DNA of 63,845 nucleotides, the filler included, from Reclinomonas americana ATCC 50394 (taxonomy: Eukaryota): NCBI GenBank assembly GCA_048213135.1. It is 8 parts of 6 records of this genome, joined end to end, with 100 filler letters (N's around TTAATTAATTAA, not from the genome) between each part and the next. Parts side by side here need not be neighbours in the genome. Positions count along the whole stretch, not along the records: positions 52,351 to 58,081 come from PS015623.1; positions 58,182 to 63,845 come from PS015624.1; 6 more parts are not named here. The stretch is one strand, 5' to 3'. Both the position numbers and the translations under genes were made by a program. Each line of letters starts with the position of its first letter. Position 1 is the first letter of the stretch. The notes under the pieces were generated by a model, which did no database searches, was not told the DNA's origin, and was given only the letters and a program-made list of their open reading frames with translations. This document shows, one piece after another, positions 55,256 through 63,845 of this stretch.

Positions 55256-55885
55256 ATGTCATCCCAGGTGCGGCGTGTTGTGTCCTTGGCGACGAGCCAG
55301 CGTGTGCCGTTTGCCGCCATGCGCGCGTTTGGCACGCAGGTTTGTGTGTGTTTGTGTATGCGCGCGTGCATGACGTGCCATCTCTCACACGCGCACAACA
55401 CGCGCAGCCGGCTGCTGGTCACCAGACGGGCAAGTTTGCGGAGAAGGAGCGTGCGGTGGAGAACCAAGTTGCGAGTGGGTATCTTCTGCACACACAATTG
55501 TGCGTGCTCTGATTCGCTCTCTCTCTTGTGTCTCTCGCAGTACTTCAAGGAGCTGGAGGAGGCGCTGGTGAAGCGGCTGTCGGAGCATCCCGAGTTTGTT
55601 GCGTGACTCTTCAGTGTGTTGCACAATGAGTGTGTGTGTGAGAGAGAGAGATTGATTTCCTCTATGTGTGCAGATCAAGAAGACGGCGGCGGCGGGTGCT
55701 GAGAAGGCGCCGGCTGCGGCTCCTCAGGGAACCATCAGCAAGTCTGAGTTCGAGGGTGTGTATCTCTTACTTCATATCTTCTTTTCCCATGCATGCTCAC
55801 TTGTTGCTTGCTTGTGCTTGCAGCGTACAAGAAGGAGATGGAGCGCAAGCTGAAGCAGCTCGAGTCGCAAATCAAGGAGGACTAA
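55256..55885 (+). CDS. Mitochondrial F1Fo ATPase inhibitor IF1-like protein; 5 exons
   Basis: Transit-like N-terminus, spliced GKFAEKERAVENQYFKELEEALVKRL (IF1 inhibitory segment F.++E.A.E..Y), and a coiled-coil tail. Confidence 0.8.
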
Positions 55886-56004
55886 GTGTGTGTGTGTGGG
55901 CTGGTGTATGTGTGAGCTCTGTCTTGTCGCTGTGTCGCCGTTTGATGCGGCGTGGAAGAGTGAGAGAGAGAATGTAAGAGATTGACAGAGTTGCACGTCG
56001 TTTT

Positions 56005-56461
56005 TTATTGCCGCCTGTGTGTGGTGTTAGGCGATGGCGTGGGATGGGAGCGGTGGTGACTTACGTTTGTGCGCTGCGGAGCTTGTCGTTGAGCATGGCT
56101 AGTGACACGAGGCGCGAGGTGGTGGTGGGCGGTGCGGTGGAGCGCAGTGGCGTGCCGAACGTGGCGGCTTTGGCGGAGGTGTGTGACAGCACGGTTCTGG
56201 TGGCGGAGGCGGAGGTGAAGGCGGTTGGTGTGCGGAGAATCACCAACAGCAGCGCTGTGTGCGTGTGTGCGTGTGTGTGAGGCACGGGAAGCGGAGAACA
56301 GGAGTGAGATTGGAAGACTCACCAACGCCCATGGCCACAGCCAGCAATGTCGACGCAAGCGTGGTGAGGGGCGGTAGCTGGAGAGCGGTAGTGCGGCGGT
56401 GGTGAGCGGCGGCGCGCACACGCGACAGCAGCGAGTCGGGTCTGTGGGCAGACTTGAGCAT
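56005..56461 (-). CDS. Small hypothetical single-pass membrane protein
   Basis: G|GTGAGT...CAG intron joins LASTLLAVAMGV to ALLLVIL, forming a hydrophobic helix; S/T-rich tail. No recognisable homology. Confidence 0.45.
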
Positions 56462-56943
56462 GTGTGGCGGTCTTCTCTCTCTCTCTCAAGTCTTGCTGCA
56501 AATCGAAATCTGACGACTGTGCCGGGAATCGATCGCGACTGGCGGATGCACCGAGACGCCACTGGCGAAGGAAGCTTCTGTCTGGCAATTGTCTGTGGAA
56601 GGTGGAAAACAAACAGAAAACTTCATTCACCACAATGCAAGAATGCGACCAACGTCCACCAATTCCTTGCCGACAATGACCTTGGCACACCAACAATATA
56701 AATACACATACTTACTCTTCTCCAACAGTCATCTTCTCTGCAGGAGGCAATGCCAATCAAACGCGTTGGCCTCGAGAAAGGATTTCGTCCCACTTGCCAG
56801 CTGCTCGTGGCGTTTTTTTCGGAACTGAAGCAGCCCGTTGCCAGTAGTGCACCTTGTGCAACCTCCGCAGCGCGTCTTGTGCACGGAAAAAGGAGAGCCC
56901 CGAAGTCTTCCGTCGCAAGTCCCAGCGCGCTTGGACAAATCGC

Positions 56944-58081
56944 ATGTTGACTTTCGCCGCGTTATCGCGAGGGCTCGTCTGCTCTCGTCGTCTATTCTCC
57001 ACCACAACAGCAGCAACAGCAGCAACAGCAAAACTCAAGAAAAAAGCAGATCCAATGCCACCAAAGGGAAAGAAGGGCGCAGCGGAGGAGCCCAAGGCGG
57101 TGCTGGGCCGTCTTTCGCACTCACTCAGTGCTGGTGTTGCGTCTTTCTCTTTCCCTCTGTGCCTCTCTCTTGCTCTTGGTGTGGCTGCTCACACTCGTCT
57201 CTGTTGCATAGATTGTCGGCATGCCCAATGCAGGTTTGTGTGTGCGTGACACATGCCACATGTGCACACACGCACAACTCCCCTGTGTCTCTCTCTCTGT
57301 GCTCTCTCGCTCATGTTACTCTCGCCTTGCGCGTTGTGTATGCACGACAATCGCACGACATGCAACGCTTTCTCCTTTGGTTCTTGTGTGTGACATGGGC
57401 ATGCCTGCAAGAGACAACTCACTTTCTCTTTCTCTTTGTGCAGGCAAGTCGACTTTCTTCAACATTCTGACGGGAAGCTCGGTGAGTGTGTCTCTCCTCA
57501 GCCACTCTGTGTTCTCAGTCACTCACTCTCATGCGCAGGTGCCTGCCGAGTTGAGTGCTCGCCCACTTCTCTCTGTGCATCCTCTGCCAGTCACGCATCA
57601 CTCACCTTCTCTTGTCTGGCGATATCATGAAGGGCGTACGCATTCTGCACAGTTGCGTTTCACTCTCTACATCTGCACACGTACACAACACAACCAGGAG
57701 CCGCACACTTTTGATGATGAGAAACTTTAAAGCATGTTGGAAGCTTACGAGCTTGTGACGAATCAATACTTAATCCTTTCTGACATACTCTGTGCACTCT
57801 GCCTCCTCGCACTCCTCTTCTCGTGTAGTTTGGTGATGTGGCGTCCATCTGATTCTTGTGTTTATGCGGGTCGCAGATTGATCCGAGCAATGCTCGTGTC
57901 GCGGTGCCGGATGAGCGCTTTGACTGGCTGGTGGATCACCACAAGCCAGCGAGCGTGGTGCCTGCCTACCTGAACGTATGGGTGCGTGCGTGTGTGTGGG
58001 ATTTCTTGCGAGAGGGAAGCCATTCCTGCCATGTGCTGATTTGCGTGTGGGCACAGGATATTGCTGGTCTCGTCAAGGGCG
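56944..58081 (+). CDS. OLA1: Obg-like ATPase 1 (YchF family), 3' truncated; includes two micro-exons and a 37-aa N-terminal extension
   Basis: MPPKGKK...[43 protein letters not shown] and DIAGLVKG. Confidence 0.93.
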
Positions 58082-58181
58082 NNNNNNNNNNNNNNNNNNN
58101 NNNNNNNNNNNNNNNNNNNNNNNNNTTAATTAATTAANNNNNNNNNNNNNNNNNNNNNNNNNNNNNNNNNNNNNNNNNNNN

Positions 58182-59305
58182 CGACGACGACGACGACGAC
58201 GACAACGCAGCGGCACTGCGAAGGATGATTCTCACTCAGCAACAACCACGACAGTCACATCTCTTTCCGAGAGTGCCACTGCGCCGAAGGAGACTGCATT
58301 GCTCAGTTCATCAGCGGCAGCTGGCAGCCGTGCGACATCTCGCAGACGGCGTGCGAAACCCCACTTTCGTGTGCCTCGCGGATCTGGGGTCGACCATGAC
58401 GAAGTGATGCGTCGCCTGCAGCACTGGCTCGAGACAGACGGCCGGGCCACCGAGCAACAGGCGGATCGCACTTTTGTTGTGCGGCGGACCACGATTGGTG
58501 CGTTTGTGTGCTGTGTGAAGATCATCGTGGTGTGGCAGTCACTTTTTGTTTACACAAGTGGCCTCTCTCTCTCTCCCTCTCTCGTTGCACACCGCCGTTG
58601 AAGAAGTGGCGACAAAAGTGGCCAGAGGCGGCCGCGCAGAATGGCGGCCGTGCAGTGGATCCACGCGAGTTGTTGCGAGGCAGCCGGTGTGCGGAGATGG
58701 ATGGGCAGATTTTGGTCGCACTTGCCAAGGAGCACATCACCGGCGTGATCAAGCCAGAACAGTTTTCAGCCGCCCTCTGTCACCTGCAACAGTCGCTGGC
58801 CAAGTGCGTGGTCGACGGCACTGCGGTGTCTGTGGAGACTGTGCCTCTTCTGCGTGTGCTGCCGAGGAAGAGACGCGACCCGTATCGAGAACGAGCGTGT
58901 CTGCGAGTGTGGGTGGGGCCAGCGGCGAATCGAGTCGCTGTGTGTGAGACGATTGTGGCGGCCACTCCGCCTGAGGGTGTGTTGTGGATGGTGCTGTGCT
59001 GTCCACCGGAGGATGCGGTGTTCTATGGCTTGCCGAGCTACGAGCCGCGCAAGTTGAGAATTGAATGGGCCGCACCGGAATGGGCCATTACCGAGTACAA
59101 CGTCGACAACTTCGACTTTGACAACTTCCTGGCAGATCCCTCTATCGGCGCGACATACGATCCAGCCTTCTTCGGTTGCAAACCTTTGACAGACGCCCAG
59201 CTGATAGCTCTTGGTGTGAAATGTCCTCTGTTGCGCAAGTTCCTCTGCACGGACTCTGGCGTCGTCGACGACGCTGGCGCGGAATGTGGGCGCTCGCGTG
59301 ACTGA
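58182..59305 (+). CDS. Unknown protein family Y, tandem copy 1 (5' truncated; normal splice acceptor deleted)
   Basis: Highly similar to copies 2 and 3 in both exons. Confidence 0.55.
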
Positions 59306-59669
59306 CCGATCTCTCTCGGTTTGTCGGCACCCTCGCACGACTTGAGGAGGTGTGTTCAGACGAGTGGAGTCTATGTCGTTGTTTGTGTCTCTTGAGTGTT
59401 TGGAGAAGATTGCACGTGGTACTTGGTGCACGGTTTGTGCTTGGTGGTGTTTTGTTCGAGGCATTGAGGAACTGCATTTCTATTGATATTCTTTGCATGT
59501 CGCACTGCATGCAGCACCAGTGATCTTACATGCTCACTCATCTTTGACTGCCATGCAGGTCCAGCGTTGGCGGTGGTGGTGCGCCCTTGAAACGAAGTAC
59601 AAGATCACATTTGCTCTCCGAAATTTTGACTGTAGGCGGGCGTGGTGCTCCCAGTTTCCTTGCCTCGCG

Positions 59670-61096
59670 ATGAGCGCAGCATCTGCTTCGGCGTCACGCA
59701 CGAACCAGCCGCACACCCAGCGACACCGACGACGACGACGACGAAGCGGCACTGCGGAGGATGATTCTCATTCATCTACGACCGCGACACTCACCTCTCT
59801 CCCCGAGAGTGCCACTGCGCCGAAGGAGTCTGTATTGCTCAGTTCATCAGCGGCAGCTGGCAGCCGTGCGACTTCTCGCAGACGGCGTGCAACGCCCCAC
59901 TTTCGTGTGCCTCGCGGATCTGGGGTCGATGATGAGGAAGTGATGCGTCGCCTGCAACACTGGCTCGAGACTGACGGCAGGGCCACCGAGCAACAGGCGG
60001 ATCACACTTTCGTTGTGCGGCGGACCACGATTGGTGCGTTTGTGTGATGTGTGATGATCATCGTGTTGTGGCAGTCACTTTTGGTTTACACAAGTGGCTC
60101 TCTCTCTTTCTCTCTCTCTCNNNNNNNNNNNNNNNNNNNNNNNNNNNNNNNNNNNNNNNNNNNNNNNNNNNNNNNNNNNNNNNNNNNNNNNNNNNNNNNN
60201 NNNNNNNNNNNNNNNNNNNNNNNNNNNNNNNNNNNNNNNNNNNNNNNNNNNNNNNNNNNNNNNNNNNNNNNNNNNNNNNNNNNNNNNNNNNNNNNNNNNN
60301 NNNNNNNNNNNNNNNNNNNNNNNNNNNNNNNNNNNNNNNNNNNNNNNNNNNNNNNNNNNNNNNNNNNNNNNNNNNNNNNNNNNNNNNNNNNNNNNNNNNN
60401 NNNNNNNNNNNNNNNNNNNNNNNNNNNNNNNNNNNNNNNNNNNNNNNNNNNNNNNNNNNNNNNNNNNNNNNNNNNNNNNNNNNNNNNNNNNNNNNNNNNN
60501 NNNNNNNNNNNNNNNNNNNNNNNNNNNNNNNNNNNNNNNNNNNNNNNNNNNNNNNNNNNNNNNNNNNNNNNNNNNNNNNNNNNNNNNNNNNNNNNNNNNN
60601 NNNNNNNNNNNNNNNNNNNNNNNNNNNNNNNNNNNNNNNNNNNNNNNNNNNNNNNNNNNNNNNNNNNNNNNNNNNNNNNNNNNNNNNNNNNNNNNNNNNN
60701 NNNNNNNNNNNNNNNNNNNNNNNNNNNNNNNNNNNNNNNNNNNNNNNNNNNNNNNNNNNNNNNNNNNNNNNNNNNNNNNNNNNNNNNNNNNNNNNNNNNN
60801 NNNNNNNNNNNNNNNNNNNNNNNNNNNNNNNNNNNNNNNNNNNNNNNNNNNNNNNNNNNNNNNNNNNNNNNNNNNNNNNNNNNNNNNNNNNNNNNNNNNN
60901 NNNNNNNNNNNNNNNNNNNNNNNNNNNNNNNNNNNNNNNNNNNNNNNNNNNNNNNNNNNNNNNNNNNNNNNNNNNNNNNNNNNNNNNNNNNNNNNNNNNN
61001 NNNNNNNNNNNNNNNNNNNNNNNNNNNNNNNNNNNNNNNNNNNNNNNNNNNNNNNNNNNNNNNCGTTACGTTACGTTACGTTACGTTACGTACGTC

Positions 61097-61173
<77 letters not shown>

Positions 61174-61906
61174 TCACTGCACAGGCAAGCCACCGCCGTT
61201 GAAGAAGTGGCGACAAAAGTGGCCGGAGGCGGGCGCGCAAAATGGCGGCCGTGCAGTGGATCCACGCGAGGTGTTGCGAGGCAGCCGGTGTGCGGAGATG
61301 GATGCGCAGATTTTGGTCGCGCTTGCCCATGAGCGAATCACCGGCGTGATCGAGCCGCAACAGTTTTCAGCCGGTCTCTGTCACCTGCAACAGTCGCTGG
61401 CCAAGTGCGTTGTCGACGGCACTGCGGTGTCTGTGGAGACTGTGCCTCTTCTGCGTGTGCTGCCGAGGAAGAGACGCGACCCGCATCGAGAACGAGTGTG
61501 TCTGCGAGTGTGGGTGGGGCCAGCGGCGGATCGAGTCGCTGTGTGTGAGACGATTGTGGCGGCCACGCCGCCTGAGGGTGTGTTGTGGATGGTGCTGTGC
61601 TGTCCGCCGGAGGATGCGGTGTTCTATGGCTTGCCGAGCTACAAGCCGCGCAAGTTGAGAATTGAATGGGCCGCACCGGAATGGGCCATTACCGAGTACA
61701 ACGTCGACAACTTCGACTTTGACAACTTCCTGGCAGATCCCTCTATCGGCGCGACATATGATCCAGCCTTATTCGGCTCCAAACGTTTTCCAGACGCCCA
61801 GCCGATAGCTTCAGACGTGAAGAGCGCTCAGCTGCACGAGCTCATCTGCACGGATTCTGGCGTCACTGACGACGCTGGCGCGGACTGTGGGCGCTCGCGT
61901 GACTGA
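59670..61906 (+). CDS. Unknown protein family Y, tandem copy 2 (intron contains an N gap)
   Basis: Exon 1 MSAASAS...VRRTTI, G|GTGCGT intron, exon 2 GKPPPLKKWRQKW...DAVFYGLPSYKPRK...GRSRD*. Confidence 0.6.
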
Positions 61907-62266
61907 CCGATCTCTCTCGGTTTGTCGGCACCCTCGCACGACTTGAGGAGGTGTGTTTTGACGAGTGGAGTTTTGTGTCGTTGTTTGTGTCTCTTGAGTG
62001 TTTGACGATGACTGCACGTCTCTCGCTGCTTGTTGCGCGGTTTGTGCTTGGTTATATTTGGTTGGAGACTACATTCCTTTCGATATTCTTTGCATGTCGC
62101 ACTGCACACAGCCACAGTGGTCTTGCATGCTCACTTATCTTTGACTGCCATGCAGGTCCAGCGGTGGCGGTGGTGGTGCGCTCGTGAAACGAAGTACAAG
62201 ATCACATTTGCTCTCCGAAATTTTGACTGTAGGCGGGCGTGGTGCTCCCAGTTTCCTTGCCTCGCG

Positions 62267-63468
62267 ATGAGCGCAGCGTCTGCTTCCGCGTCGCGCACTC
62301 ACCAGTCGCACACCCAACGACACCGACGACGACGACGACGACGCAGCGGCACTGCGAAGGATGATTCTCACTCAGCAACAACTACGACACTCATCTCTCC
62401 CCCCGAGAGTGCCACTGTGCCGAAGGAGACTGCATTGCTCAGTTCATCAGCGGCAGCTGGCAGCCGTGTGACCTCTCGCAGACGGCGTGCAACTCCCCAC
62501 TATCGTTTGCCTCATGGATCTGGGGTCGATGATGACGAAGTGATGCGTCGCCTGCAACACTGGCTCGAGACAGACGGCAGAGCCACTGAGCAACAGGCGG
62601 ATCACACGTTTGTTGTGCGGCGGACCACGCTTGGTGCGTTTGTGTGTTGTGTGATGATCATCGTGGTGAGGCAGTCACTTTTTGTTTACACAAGTGGCTC
62701 TCTCTCTCTCTCCCTCTCTCTCGCTGCACAGGCAAGCCACCGCCGTTGAAGAAGTGGCGACAAAAGTGGCCGGAGGCTGTCGCGCAGAATGGCGGCCGTG
62801 CAGTGGATCCCCGTGAGTTGTTGCGAGGCAGCCGGTGTGCGGAGATGGATGGGCAGATGCTGATCGCTGCCGATCTTGCCGAGTACGAAGTGCGAGGTGC
62901 CGGTGGCGTGATCGATTCTCAACAGTTTGCAGCCGCCCTCTGTCACCTGCAACAGTCGCTGGTCAAGTGCGTGGTCGACGGCACTGCGGTGTCTGTTGAG
63001 ACTGTGCCTCTTCCGCGCGTGCTGCCGAGGAAGAGAGGCGACCCATATCGAGAACGAGTGTGTCTTCGAGTGTGGGTGGGGCCAGCGGCGGATCGAGTCG
63101 CTGTGTGTGAGACGATTCTGGCGGCTCGGCAACCGGATGGTGTGACGTGGATCGTGCTATGCTGTCCACCGGAGGATGCGGTATTCTATGGCCTGCCCAG
63201 CTACAAGCCGCGCAAGTTCGCCTTCGAATGGGCCACGCCAGAATGGGTCATTACCGAGTACAACGTCGACAACTTGGACTTGGACAACTTGCTGGCAGAC
63301 CCCTCTGTCGGCGCGACATACGATCCAGCCTTCTTCGGCTCCAAACGTTTTCCAGACGCCCAGCCGATATCTGCAGACGTGAAGAGCGCTCATCTGCACG
63401 AGCTCATCTGCACGGACTCTGGCGCCGCTGACGACGCTGGCGCGGACTGTGGGCGCTCGCGTGACTGA
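62267..63468 (+). CDS. Unknown protein family Y, tandem copy 3 (complete, most divergent)
   Basis: Two-exon ORF with a phase-1 GT-AG intron. The indel relative to the other copies preserves frame (IAADLAEYEVRGAGGVID). Confidence 0.65.
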
Positions 63469-63845
63469 CCGGTCTCTCTCGGATTGTCGGCACTCCCGCA
63501 CGACTTGAGGAGGTGTGTTCAGACGAGTGAAGTTTTGTATGTCTCTTGAATGTTGGAGAGCATTGCACGTGGTACTTGGTGCACGGTTTGTGCTTGGTGG
63601 TGTTTGGCTCGCGGTATTGAGGGACTGCATTCCTTTCGATATTGTTGCACTGCACACAGCCACAGTGATCCTACATGCTCACTCATCTTTGACTGCCATG
63701 CAGGTCCAGCGTTGGCGGTGGTGGTGCGCTCTTGAAACGAAGTAGGCAAGATCGCATTTGCTCCGACGTCCGAGTTCGATAACAGCGGCAACTTCGTCAG
63801 TTTGCCTTCAACAGGCCATTGCACCTCGTACTCTCCCTTGCTCGC

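Noticed and set aside
59303..59673. TGA read-through or selenocysteine joining tandem array copies
   Set aside because: No SECIS-like evidence. TGA is an ordinary stop elsewhere (CFAP299), and read-through would give low-information sequence that differs in the last copy.

Overview
Intron-rich genomic DNA from a GC-rich, flagellated, mitochondrion-bearing unicellular eukaryote. It uses the standard code: TAA, TAG and TGA all occur as stops. The window is a scaffold of contigs joined by N-TTAATTAATTAA-N spacers, and several genes are cut off at these joins. Splicing the exons by hand gives these recognisable genes: a secreted cadherin-repeat protein, an FkbM methyltransferase, a homeobox protein with E50, RPL35, an F-box/LRR protein, DDX41, three NDUFA4/B12D copies in an inverted triplication, CFAP299, a WD40 protein, a RING/TRAF-type zinc-finger protein, an EEF1AKMT1-like methyltransferase, WDR41, OAT, CCDC39, an ankyrin protein, IF1 and OLA1. 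There are also two tandem families of unknown proteins. The main finding concerns splicing. At least 19 coding introns that restore the reading frame (roughly a fifth of those I traced) begin with an atypical donor shifted by one nucleotide, H|GTTGCG(T) or H|GTTGAGT. These never follow an exonic G. This suggests a second major class of 5' splice site read by shifted U1 pairing or by a variant snRNA. All gene models are manual and need RNA-seq confirmation.
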